Assembly (NCBI GenBank): GCA_964515785.1
Contig: CAZEWH010000005.1
Coordinates: 1-55,651, forward strand
Reading direction: 5' to 3'
Length of the DNA stretch: 55,651 nt
Origin: an uncultured Gammaproteobacteria bacterium
Lineage (GTDB): Bacteria; Patescibacteriota; Patescibacteriia; UBA1558; GWA2-36-10
Shown: one piece after another, positions 1 to 8,437 of the stretch
How the letters are laid out: every line of letters starts with the position of its first letter
Position numbering within the stretch: position 1 is the stretch's first letter
Notes under the pieces: model-generated
What the model saw: the letters and a program-made list of their open reading frames with translations, nothing else
What the model was told of the DNA's origin: nothing
The model's database searches: none
Position numbers and translations under genes: made by a program

Positions 1-1
1 A

Positions 2-277
2 ACACTTAAGCTTAATTTGCATCCAAGCAAAATATCTATTAGCACCTTGGCATCAGGAGTGGACTTTTTGGGTTGGGTTCATTTTGTAGACCATAGAGTG
101 TTGAGGAGTGTCAGTAGAAGGAGGATGTTTAGGACTATACGGGTAAAACAAGGAGACAACGGAACAGTGCAATCGTACCTTGGCTTATTGAGGCACGGAA
201 ATTCTCATTTTTTGTTGTCAGAGATAGATGAGTTAGTGTCAAAGTATGGTCAAGGAGATGTGCTTGAGGATTTATGA
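2..277 (+). CDS. Reverse transcriptase, C-terminal fragment (gene starts upstream of the window); tail resembles DGR-type (Brt-like) RTs
   Basis: The frame is open from the window edge: TLKLNLHPSKISISTLASGVDFLGWVHFVDHRVLRSVSRRRMFR...VQSYLGLLRHGNSHFL. The layout (LKL..K, G..FLG(Y/W), basic helix, S(Y/W).G..H..(N/D)(S/T)..L) parallels the C-terminus of Bordetella phage Brt (GINFLGYRIW...LASWSGHAQWADTHNL). TGA stop at 275-277. Confidence 0.6.
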   Translation, partial: TLKLNLHPSKISISTLASGVDFLGWVHFVDHRVLRSVSRRRMFRTIRVKQGDNGTVQSYLGLLRHGNSHFLLSEIDELVSKYGQGDVLEDL

Positions 278-316
278 GATTTATAGTAAATTTAATGCAT
301 AAAGTTATAATTTTTT

Positions 317-1063
317 ATGTCTAATAACGGCGATACATTATATATATTTATTGACGAGTCTGGCAATTTTGATTTTACTCCAAACGGCACCAAATCATTT
401 GTCTTAACTGCTGTAAGCACTAAATTTCCTCTAAAATCTAGAAGCGATTTATTAAATAAGGTTTGTGAAATAAAATACGAAAATTGGAAAGAGGGCAAGG
501 GTGATTATTGTTTTCACGCCACTGAAGACCTACAAGTTGTTAGAGATTGGGTTTTTGCAGAAATTGCCAAGCTTGACGATATTGAAATTGACTCAATTAT
601 TGCACAGAAAAATAAAACAAACCCATCTCTTTATATTAAACATACTGTAAACGATAAGCTTAAGGGCGGTGTATATATAAAAACTATACGCACCGAAGAA
701 AAGTTATATGATAAACTCTCCCAATTATTACTGCAATATATAATAGCAAGACACAATGATAAGGAAGACATTAAAAAAATCATCATTGTTTTAGGTTCTC
801 TGTTTACTGAAAAGAAAAGAGGACAAATCCTAAAAAGCCTCAAAACGTACCTAAAATATAAATGTAAAAAAACTTCCTATGTATACTTTTATAAAACTTC
901 CAATGATATAAATTGCCAAATAGCTGATTATTGTTGCTGGGCTGTATATGTTGGCGTTGAAAGGAAAGAAATGAGACCTTACGAGGTTATTAAAAGTAAA
1001 GTGAAAAGCACCTTTGATGTATTTAAGGCGGGGGAGAAAGAGTATTATGAGTATAAAAAATGA
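317..1063 (+). CDS. DUF3800 family protein
   Basis: N-terminal YIFIDESGNFDF motif, internal CFHATED and C-terminal NCQIADYCCWAVY (Q.AD) are the characteristic DUF3800 blocks. ATG start, TGA stop. Confidence 0.65.
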   Translation: MSNNGDTLYIFIDESGNFDFTPNGTKSFVLTAVSTKFPLKSRSDLLNKVCEIKYENWKEGKGDYCFHATEDLQVVRDWVFAEIAKLDDIEIDSIIAQKNKTNPSLYIKHTVNDKLKGGVYIKTIRTEEKLYDKLSQLLLQYIIARHNDKEDIKKIIIVLGSLFTEKKRGQILKSLKTYLKYKCKKTSYVYFYKTSNDINCQIADYCCWAVYVGVERKEMRPYEVIKSKVKSTFDVFKAGEKEYYEYKK

Positions 1064-1077
1064 TTATAAAAAAACGA

Positions 1078-1131
1078 CCACCCCGTCTATCTCTTGCGAG
1101 AAGAGCCCGAGGGCTCTTATCAACGGGGTGG
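1078..1131 (+). other. GC-rich nested stem-loop after the DUF3800 gene (candidate structured RNA or atypical terminator)
   Basis: Outer 9-bp stem ccaccccgt(1078-1086)/acggggtgg(1123-1131) encloses inner hairpin aagagccc-ga-gggctctt (1101-1118). No U-tract follows. Confidence 0.35.
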
Positions 1132-1203
1132 AACCTTTGATTAAATTATAACATAAAATTATCAAATGTCAAAGTATATTTTTATCAATTTTTATATATA
1201 ATT

Positions 1204-1449
1204 ATGGACTCAAATTTCATAGAAAAACAGATAAATAGTGTAAATAGCAAGATAGAAGAAACTGTCGGGTCTCGTGATTTTGAGCTGGAAAAGCATCTAA
1301 AGATAATACACGATTATTTGTTGTCTTTGCAGCATCCAGAAAAGTTCAGCGAATTGCAAATAGAGGATTTGCGTAAATTGGCACAAGAGTTGAGCTACAA
1401 AGAAGATACTGAATTTGATAAGTGGTGGGAGCATTATAAACGAGCTTAG
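1204..1449 (+). CDS. Small hypothetical protein (81 aa, helical/charged)
   Basis: Complete ORF with ATG start in AT-rich context. No recognisable motif. Confidence 0.4.
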   Translation: MDSNFIEKQINSVNSKIEETVGSRDFELEKHLKIIHDYLLSLQHPEKFSELQIEDLRKLAQELSYKEDTEFDKWWEHYKRA

Positions 1450-1800
1450 CCTACACGCTTATAATTTAGGTATAATAAAAATACCTATGTTGGGTTTGAA
1501 TACCAGCGAATACTTTTTTAGTTTTTAAGAGATGGTCTTTCAGGGGTAGAATGTATAATTCTACCTTGTTTGTTTCTTGCCGTGATAATCCGCTTGTATT
1601 GCGGAGCAGGCATTTTAATTACAAAGTAAAATGGTAGCAATTTGTCATTTTCATCACTTATTTGATGTCGTATTGTGTTCACACCGTGCCTAAGGAAAAT
1701 GACATAACGCAGTTATCCCCGACTCGATCGGGGATCAATTCAATTATTAAAAACACAAGCATTAAACCACAAAACAGGGGAAATAGCAATTGTGTTGATA

Positions 1801-1830
1801 TTGACAAAACAAGGAGTTTTGTATTATATT
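1801..1830 (+). promoter_or_regulatory. Sigma70-like promoter for the pseudopilin gene
   Basis: TTGACA (1801-1806), 18-nt spacer, TATATT (1825-1830). The gene start at 1903 is preceded by AGGAG. Confidence 0.45.
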
Positions 1831-1902
1831 AGATTGTAAAATCTAAATCAGGTTTTATGTTCTTTTCAGTCAATGATTAGCTCTAATAAGAGGAGAAGCG
1901 CA

Positions 1903-2472
1903 ATGAAGTCAGGTAATAAAGGTTTTACTTTGATAGAGGTCATCATTGCCATTGCCTTGTTAGCCATCATGACAGTAGCTATTGCACCGGTGGTTATTCA
2001 GATAACTAAGGTTTCACAAGCAGATAAAGATACACAAATCATTGGTTTGGATCTGAAGCAATGGAACAAAAATAGACTTTCCCCTCCAGATATGCCAGAA
2101 GGTGTTCTTGTACCGTTTTCTGTAAGCTTTGACATTCAGACAGACTTATTAGTAAGTGGCGCTAAGCTAACATCTGAATTACCAGATTTTAGCCAAGGAG
2201 TAAAAGGAGCATCTGACTGGAGCAAGACAAACAAGGTTGCACCTTTGGAGGATTTTGACACTTTGCTAGACCCTTGGGGTAATCCCTATATGGTCAATTT
2301 ACGTGGGCTCAAATTTGGTCACGAGATGTCAAATGTTATGGTCTTGTCAGCTGGTCCCAATGAGATCATTGAGACTCCATTTACCACAATAGCTAGTGAT
2401 AGTGTTCCTGGTGGTGATGACATTGCATATGTTTTTAGACCAGGCAAAGAACACATCAAAGCATCCAATTAA
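1903..2472 (+). CDS. Type IV pilin / type II secretion GspG-like pseudopilin
   Basis: Prepilin N-terminus MKSGNKGFTLIEVIIAIALLAI. C-terminal DPWGNPY...SAGPN...GGDDIAY resembles GspG. SD aggag lies 7 nt upstream of the ATG at 1903, so the 1873 ATG in the ORF track is a less likely start. Confidence 0.7.
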   Translation: MKSGNKGFTLIEVIIAIALLAIMTVAIAPVVIQITKVSQADKDTQIIGLDLKQWNKNRLSPPDMPEGVLVPFSVSFDIQTDLLVSGAKLTSELPDFSQGVKGASDWSKTNKVAPLEDFDTLLDPWGNPYMVNLRGLKFGHEMSNVMVLSAGPNEIIETPFTTIASDSVPGGDDIAYVFRPGKEHIKASN

Positions 2473-2532
2473 GGTTAATCTGTCTACTATTATCCCCCGA
2501 TTCAATTTTGTTTTGGGGGTTTTTATTTTGTA

Positions 2533-2561
2533 TTGACAAAATATATAAAATATGCTATACT
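2533..2561 (+). promoter_or_regulatory. Strong sigma70-like promoter for the GC-rich pilin gene
   Basis: TTGACA (2533-2538), 17-nt spacer, TATACT (2556-2561). It sits just after the hairpin cccccgattcaattttgttttggggg plus T-run. Confidence 0.55.
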
Positions 2562-2660
2562 AATATATTCTCAGGTTCCTTTTATTGCTTCTTTATTTGG
2601 TTTTGTATTTTGTTGATAGGAAGGTCTAAAAAACAAACCCTAAGCTTAGGAGAGTGCTAA

Positions 2661-3092
2661 ATGCGAAAAGGTTTTACCCTGATCGAGTTGATGATCGTGG
2701 TAGTGATCATCGGGATCCTGGCTGCTGTTGCCATTCCCAACTTCGTGGCCATGCAGGATCGAGCCTATGAGGCCTCGGTTAAGTCCAATGGTCATACTAC
2801 TCAGTTGGCTGTTGAGGATCTGGCTGTCCAGGCCAACGGTGTCTACCCTCATGGGACTTACACAGCATCTGCTATCAAGGGAGCTTTGCCTGGAGGTGTT
2901 GCTTTTTCCAACCCCTTTGGTGGGCAGTATGGCCTGTTGGTTGCTGCCAAAACAGCCGATGAGTTTGACGAGGACATAGACGGTGTTGAGGGAACCGTAG
3001 TCTACTATCCGCCGGCTCCGGGATCAGGAATGTACATCATTGCTTGCTATGGTCATAAGGGTAACTTCATCCTGAAGTTGTCCAACAGTTAA
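2661..3092 (+). CDS. Type IV pilin (PilA-like), compositionally GC-rich
   Basis: MRKGFTLIELMIVVVIIGILAAVAIPNF is a canonical prepilin leader plus N-methylation helix. SD aggag lies upstream. A hand count gives 51 G+C in the first 100 nt. Confidence 0.8.
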   Translation: MRKGFTLIELMIVVVIIGILAAVAIPNFVAMQDRAYEASVKSNGHTTQLAVEDLAVQANGVYPHGTYTASAIKGALPGGVAFSNPFGGQYGLLVAAKTADEFDEDIDGVEGTVVYYPPAPGSGMYIIACYGHKGNFILKLSNS

Positions 3093-3107
3093 AGCAACAA
3101 CAATTTC

Positions 3108-3139
3108 GCGGCTGAGTCCAAGACTCAGCCGCTTTTTTT
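3108..3139 (+). terminator. Intrinsic terminator after the pilin gene
   Basis: gcggctgagtc-caag-actcagccgc followed by ttttttt. Confidence 0.7.
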
Positions 3140-3249
3140 ATACTAATTTTGTGCAAGAGCATAGCAATTGCTTACAAAATTGAACATCCCGCGCCCGAAA
3201 GGTTGCGGGGTTTTATTTTATTTTCAAATTAAGTTATAATATCTCCACT

Positions 3250-5259
3250 ATGACTGAAATTAACTTTCAAAAAGAATTAAATAAAGCCCAATATAATGTG
3301 GTCACTGCTAGTAAGGGGCCTCATTTGGTTTTGGCTGGAGCAGGTTCTGGCAAGACTAGGACTTTGGTATACCGAGTGGCTTGGTTGATCTCGCAAGGCG
3401 TCAAACCAGACCGGATTTTGTTATTGACTTTTACCAATAAGGCTGCCAATGAGATGATGTCTAGAGCCAAACAGCTTTTGCATTATAGTATTAAACAAAG
3501 ATTGCCGATTTGGGGAGGGACTTTTCATTCTGTAGCCAATCGATTACTTAGAATTTATGGCCGACACATAGATATTTCTCCTGATTTTACTATTTTGGAT
3601 TCTGACGACAGTAAAACACTTATAAAAAATATTGCCAAACAATATTTTGGTAACTTAGCTGCCAAGCGACAGCCTTCTCCTAGTATTATTCAAGAGACGA
3701 TTAGCTTTGCGACAAATTCTGGTATAGAGATAAGCGAGAGTTTGGAAATAAAATACCCCGAATGGGAAGGCTTGCAAGAATTTTTTGAAAAAATCGCTGC
3801 AGATTACAAAGCTCGCAAACAGCAAGGCAATTTACTTGATTTTGATGATCTTTTATTGTGTTGGAAAGACCTGACAGAGCATCCGCAAGTAGGTGCTCAA
3901 TTAGCTCGCAAGTGGGATTATGTTTTGGTGGACGAATATCAAGATACCAATACTCTGCAAGCGCAAATTATTTATAATCTAGCTCAAAGTCATCAAAATT
4001 TGCTGGTAGTAGGAGATGATGCTCAAAGTATTTATTCTTTCAGGGCTGCCAATATCCAAAATATTTTGGAATTTCCCAAAATATTTCCAAAATGTAAGAC
4101 TCACAAGCTTGAGCTGAATTATCGCTCTACTCCAGAGATACTAAAAGTAGCCAATCAGGTGATCGCTATAAATCAAAATCAATTCCCCAAAAATCTAGAA
4201 GCAGTATTGAAAAATTTTACTAGACCAGAACTGGTGGCAGTGCGTAGTAATATCGAAGAGTCTTTATACATTGCCAATAGAGTAGAAGCTTTATTATCAA
4301 GTGGGGTTGCACCAGCAGAAATTGCCGTATTATTTAGAGCTGCTCATCATAGTCAAAATTTAGAAATGGAACTCAATAAACGCGGTATCCTTTATGAAAT
4401 GCGTGGTGGCCTCAAGTTTTTTGCTAGAGCTCATGTCAAAGATGTACTGTCTTATCTAAAAATATTAGGTAACAAGCAAGACGAAGTAGCTTGGGACAGA
4501 GTTTTACAATTATACGATGGTATTGGACAAGTAGCTGCCAATAAGATATATAGATCAACTCAAGATATAAAAAATTTAGATGATCTAAATAAATTAGAAA
4601 TAAAATTATCAACTGCAGCTGCCAAAGGCTGGAGTCAGTGCCGTGATACTTTACTGAAACTCGTCAGACATCAAGATCAAAACATTGGCAAGCTGCTAGG
4701 TATGGTCATTGAAGATTATAGTATTTATCTGACAGCCAAATATCCAGATTACCATCAGCGTCAAGATGATCTAGAACAATTAATAATCTTTGCTTCCAAC
4801 TATGATAGTCTAGAAGCTTTTTTGTCAGAGATATCTTTGCAGGAAAGTTTTTCTATGACTGACAACAACAAGCCAATGGAAGGAGCTGTGGTCTTGAGTA
4901 CTGTTCATCAAGCCAAAGGACTAGAGTGGCAGGCAGTTTTTGTAATCAATATTACTGATCAGTCATTTCCTCATCCACTTTGTCAATCAGAAGAAGAGCG
5001 AGAAGAAGAGCGGCGTCTTTTTTATGTAGCTATTACCCGAGCCAAACAAAATTTATTTTTATTATATCCCATGACTCAATTCAAATATGATGGTCATCGC
5101 AATTTACAACCATCTGAATTTTTATTGGACATAACTAACGATGCTTTGCAGTACAATGACTTAGCTAGAGCTACTTTAGTTAGTATGAGTGAGGGTGTAG
5201 AATACGTGACTGACGATGATTATGACCCTCGGCATGATGGATTTTTACCTGATGTCTAA
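3250..5259 (+). CDS. UvrD/PcrA/Rep-family ATP-dependent DNA helicase
   Basis: Walker A AGAGSGKTRTL, LTFTNKAA, VDEYQDTN, VGDDAQSIYSFRAA, TVHQAKGLEW, RRLFYVAITRAK are superfamily 1A helicase motifs in the correct order. Confidence 0.9.
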   Translation: MTEINFQKELNKAQYNVVTASKGPHLVLAGAGSGKTRTLVYRVAWLISQGVKPDRILLLTFTNKAANEMMSRAKQLLHYSIKQRLPIWGGTFHSVANRLLRIYGRHIDISPDFTILDSDDSKTLIKNIAKQYFGNLAAKRQPSPSIIQETISFATNSGIEISESLEIKYPEWEGLQEFFEKIAADYKARKQQGNLLDFDDLLLCWKDLTEHPQVGAQLARKWDYVLVDEYQDTNTLQAQIIYNLAQSHQNLLVVGDDAQSIYSFRAANIQNILEFPKIFPKCKTHKLELNYRSTPEILKVANQVIAINQNQFPKNLEAVLKNFTRPELVAVRSNIEESLYIANRVEALLSSGVAPAEIAVLFRAAHHSQNLEMELNKRGILYEMRGGLKFFARAHVKDVLSYLKILGNKQDEVAWDRVLQLYDGIGQVAANKIYRSTQDIKNLDDLNKLEIKLSTAAAKGWSQCRDTLLKLVRHQDQNIGKLLGMVIEDYSIYLTAKYPDYHQRQDDLEQLIIFASNYDSLEAFLSEISLQESFSMTDNNKPMEGAVVLSTVHQAKGLEWQAVFVINITDQSFPHPLCQSEEEREEERRLFYVAITRAKQNLFLLYPMTQFKYDGHRNLQPSEFLLDITNDALQYNDLARATLVSMSEGVEYVTDDDYDPRHDGFLPDV

Positions 5260-5279
5260 AATCTGCTATAATGACGCTA

Positions 5280-5374
5280 GTCATCCCGGGATTGATCCGG
5301 GACCTATAAAAAAATCAACTAAATTTGCTGGATGCCGCATCCCTGTCCGCCTTTGGCGGGAAGTGCGGCATGAC
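5280..5374. repeat. Two GC-rich hairpin elements in the helicase/exonuclease spacer
   Basis: gtcatcccgggattgatccgggac (5280-5303) shares the GGGATTGATCC core with 28970-29019. gatgccgcat..ccgcctttggcgg..gtgcggcatgac (5331-5374) forms a long imperfect hairpin. Confidence 0.5.
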
Positions 5375-5385
5375 AGAATACAGGC

Positions 5386-6165
5386 ATGAAAGACAAAATT
5401 GTATTAGACTTAGAAACCAAAAAGACTTTTGATGAAGTAGGCGGACACCACAATAAGCATTTATTGGGTGTTTCTTTGGTTGGTATTTATTCGTACAATA
5501 GAGATCAATATCGTGGTTTTAAAGAAGAAGAGTTTGATGAATTATTGGAAATACTAAAAAATACAGAATTATTGATTGGTTTTAATAGTGTTTCTTTTGA
5601 CCTACCAGTCTTACAACCTTATTATAAAGATTTTGAATTGGATACTATTCCTCATTTGGATATTATGAATGAAGTAGTTCATGCCTTGGGGCATCGCCTC
5701 AAACTAGAATCTGTAGCCATGAGTACTTTGGGTTATGGTAAATCTGGTTCTGGTCTTGATGCTATCCGTTATTTTCGAGAAGGCGATTGGGACAATCTTA
5801 TCAAGTATTGTCTAGATGATGTCAAAGTTACTAAAGAAGTATATGACTATGGCTTAGCTCATGGTAATATTTGGTATAGTAATGCTGGTGCCAAAGAAAA
5901 AATTATTGCTCGTTGGGCCAATGGTGATCCTAAAGTATCTGATATTGTAAGGCAGGCTTCCAAATCTGGTGAACAACTTGAGATAGAATATATGGATGAA
6001 CAAGGCAAGATCACTACTCGCAAGATTGATATCCAAAATATAAAAGGTAACAAGATAAGAGCTTTTTGCCATTTACGTGATTCTATTCGTATTTTTGATA
6101 TAGCCAAAATAAAAAATGCCAAGACACTTGGCAAAATGGATAATTGGCAAAATACTTTGATATAG
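5386..6165 (+). CDS. RNase H-like (DEDD-type) 3'-5' exonuclease domain fused to a C-terminal WYL-like domain
   Basis: VLDLETKK, GFNSVSFDLPVL and YCLDDVKVT look like Exo I/II/III acidic motifs. The C-terminus LEIEYMDEQGKITTRKIDIQ...IRAFCHLRDSIRIFDIAKI resembles the WYL core (CHLR...R.F..(D)RI). Confidence 0.55.
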   Translation: MKDKIVLDLETKKTFDEVGGHHNKHLLGVSLVGIYSYNRDQYRGFKEEEFDELLEILKNTELLIGFNSVSFDLPVLQPYYKDFELDTIPHLDIMNEVVHALGHRLKLESVAMSTLGYGKSGSGLDAIRYFREGDWDNLIKYCLDDVKVTKEVYDYGLAHGNIWYSNAGAKEKIIARWANGDPKVSDIVRQASKSGEQLEIEYMDEQGKITTRKIDIQNIKGNKIRAFCHLRDSIRIFDIAKIKNAKTLGKMDNWQNTLI

Positions 6166-6166
6166 T

Positions 6167-6200
6167 TCTCCCCCTTAATAAGGGGGAGTCAGAGGGGGTC
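6167..6200. repeat. TCCCCC..GGGGGA..GGGGG element (family also at 7111 and 31501), acting as a convergent terminator
   Basis: tctcccccttaataagggggagtcagagggggtc lies between the stop codons of two convergent genes. Confidence 0.55.
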
Positions 6201-7034
6201 TTATTTTTTTTCGGCCAATTTAACGGTATTATATAAAAGCATAGCTACAGTCATAGGGCCGACTCCACCTGGTACAGGTGTGATGTGACTGGCTTTTTGA
6301 AAAACAGCACTATAATCAACATCTCCGACAACATAATTGTTGTCTATTTTATTTGTGCCAACATCTATCACAATGGCATCATCTTTGACCATGTCAGCAG
6401 TCACAAAAAATGCTTGTCCAGCTGCAGCTACTAGGATGTCTGCTTGACTAGTTTTGTCTTTTATATCTTCGTCGTCTGGATGAGCAATAGTTGTACTAGC
6501 TCCCTGATCATTGAGTAGCTTGGCTAGCGGTCGATAAAAAATATCACTCTTGGCAATTATCACAGCTTGTTTATGTTCTAGGTTTTCTTCAGTGCTAGCA
6601 ATTAGTTTGAAAATTCCCAAAGATAAGCCTGGCACAAAGCCAGATTGGTTAGTCAAAAATTTGTCTATATTTTGAGCATGGAAACCATCAACATCTTTGT
6701 CTGGGTCCATGGCTTTGATAATTTTGTCTGTGTCAAATTTTTTCGGTAAAGGTAGTTGGATCAATATAGCATCTATATTATTATCTTTGTTCAAAAAATT
6801 AATTACTTCCAGGATATGATCTTCATTACAATCAGCATCTAATAAATATTCATGAAATTCAATCCCAGCTTGCTGACAGGCTTTTTTCTTTAGATTGACG
6901 TATATTTTAGAGGCCGAATCATCACCAACCAAAACAACAGCCAAATTTGGTGATAAATTTTTGCTAGCAATCTCTTCTTTAAGTTCTTTTTGGATGGATT
7001 CAGCCAAAGCTTTGCCATCAATCATTTTTTCCAT
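6201..7034 (-). CDS. folD: Bifunctional methylenetetrahydrofolate dehydrogenase/cyclohydrolase
   Basis: MEKMIDGKALA start region, VLVGDDSASKIYV, PGGVGPMTVAML. The ORF-track extension to 7070 translates a GC-rich repeat element and is unlikely to be coding. Confidence 0.9.
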   Translation of the reverse strand: MEKMIDGKALAESIQKELKEEIASKNLSPNLAVVLVGDDSASKIYVNLKKKACQQAGIEFHEYLLDADCNEDHILEVINFLNKDNNIDAILIQLPLPKKFDTDKIIKAMDPDKDVDGFHAQNIDKFLTNQSGFVPGLSLGIFKLIASTEENLEHKQAVIIAKSDIFYRPLAKLLNDQGASTTIAHPDDEDIKDKTSQADILVAAAGQAFFVTADMVKDDAIVIDVGTNKIDNNYVVGDVDYSAVFQKASHITPVPGGVGPMTVAMLLYNTVKLAEKK

Positions 7035-7110
7035 ATTATTTTTAAACCCCTCCTGACCTCCCCTTGTCATGGGAGGAACTAATTAACTAACATTATTCTA
7101 TACCCATCAA

Positions 7111-7140
7111 GTCCCCCTGACAAGGGGGATTTAGGGGGTT
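7111..7140. repeat. TCCCCC..GGGGGA..GGGGG element between glyA and folD
   Basis: gtccccctgacaagggggatttagggggtt abuts the glyA stop codon. A degenerate relative lies at 7047-7076. Confidence 0.5.
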
Positions 7141-8353
7141 ATAGTTCAGGATAAAGGCTAAATTTTTGCATTAAATTTATTATTTTTTGTTTATTATTAT
7201 CACTTGCTTGTTTAGTTTTTAAAACATCTATCATAATATCAGCAATTATATCTATATCATCTTCTTTGAGACCCCGAGTAGTTAACGCTGCCGTACCCAA
7301 TCTAATACCAGACGGGTCTAGAGGTTTTCTTTTATCAAACGGTATCATGTTTTTGTTGGTAAAAATATGGACTGCATCCAATAAAGTTTCGGCTTCCTGG
7401 CCGGTCAGATCAATACTAGTCATGTCTAGCATTAATAAATGATTGTCAGTGCCGCCAGAGATCATGCGAATATCAGCTTCACGGAATTTATTTTCCAGAG
7501 CTTTAGCATTTTTGATCACCTGTTCTTGATAAGTTTTGAACTCTGGTTGCAGAGCTTCTTGAAAAGCTACAGCTTTGGCTGCAATGATATGTTCAAGTGG
7601 TCCACCTTGCATACCAGGAAAAACTGCTTTGTCTATTTTTTTGGCTAGAGATTCTTTACAAAGAATCATAGCACCACGAGGTCCTCGTAGAGTTTTGTGA
7701 GTAGTAGTAGTCACTACATCACTATACGGCATAGGATCAGGATGTAGACCAACAGCTATCAGACCTGCAATATGAGCCATGTCAGTCATCAAATAAGCAC
7801 CAACTTCATCGGCAATTTTTTTAAATTCTACAAAATCTATCTGGCGAGAATAAGCCGAAGCTCCAGCCAAAATTATTTTTGGTTTATGCTTGAGTGCCTG
7901 ATCCCTGACTTGTTGCATGTCTATTAGTTCTGTTTTTGGATCTACACCATAGCTAACAAAATTATAAAATTTACCAGAAAAATTTACTTTGTGACCATGA
8001 GTCAAATGACCACCATGATCCAGAGAAAAACCTAAGATAGTATCACCTAATTCTGCTAACGCAAAATAAGCTTCCATGTTGGCTTGAGAGCCAGCATGAG
8101 GTTGGACATTGGCATGCTCAGCCCCAAAAAGTTCTTTGGCTCTATCAATAGCTAGTTGCTCTGACTGATCGATAAATTCATTACCACCATAATATCTTTT
8201 ATTTGGATAACCTTCGGCATATTTATTGGTAAGTACAGAGCCAGCTGCTTCTAGTACAGCTTGAGAAACAAAATTTTCTGAAGCAATCATTTCTGCACCA
8301 TGACGCTGACGCTCCAGTTCTTGTTCAATTATTTTTTTGATTTCTTTATCCAT
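7139..8353 (-). CDS. glyA: Serine hydroxymethyltransferase
   Basis: [35 protein letters not shown] (PLP lysine motif). Start chosen at the ATG giving MDKEIKKII; the longer ORF to 8452 overlaps the next gene. Confidence 0.95.
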   Translation of the reverse strand: MDKEIKKIIEQELERQRHGAEMIASENFVSQAVLEAAGSVLTNKYAEGYPNKRYYGGNEFIDQSEQLAIDRAKELFGAEHANVQPHAGSQANMEAYFALAELGDTILGFSLDHGGHLTHGHKVNFSGKFYNFVSYGVDPKTELIDMQQVRDQALKHKPKIILAGASAYSRQIDFVEFKKIADEVGAYLMTDMAHIAGLIAVGLHPDPMPYSDVVTTTTHKTLRGPRGAMILCKESLAKKIDKAVFPGMQGGPLEHIIAAKAVAFQEALQPEFKTYQEQVIKNAKALENKFREADIRMISGGTDNHLLMLDMTSIDLTGQEAETLLDAVHIFTNKNMIPFDKRKPLDPSGIRLGTAALTTRGLKEDDIDIIADIMIDVLKTKQASDNNKQKIINLMQKFSLYPEL

Positions 8354-8437
8354 GATTTTTAGTGTAGCACAATACTTATTATATGCAAGATATATAGGAT
8401 ATGTTATAATATTATCGTAAAAATTAATTATAAAACT

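Noticed and set aside
2646-2979. ORFs 2646..2852(-) and 2728..2979(+) overlapping the PilA-like gene.
   Set aside because: They are by-products of the locally high GC content, which gives few stop codons. The pilin frame has an unmistakable prepilin N-terminus, SD and terminator.
277-3200. A DGR template/variable repeat pair downstream of the RT fragment.
   Set aside because: Scanning by eye found no ~100-nt imperfect repeat with adenine-specific mismatches, and no C-type-lectin-like variable C-terminus in nearby genes. It cannot be excluded without a computed self-alignment. The cassette is probably upstream of the window.
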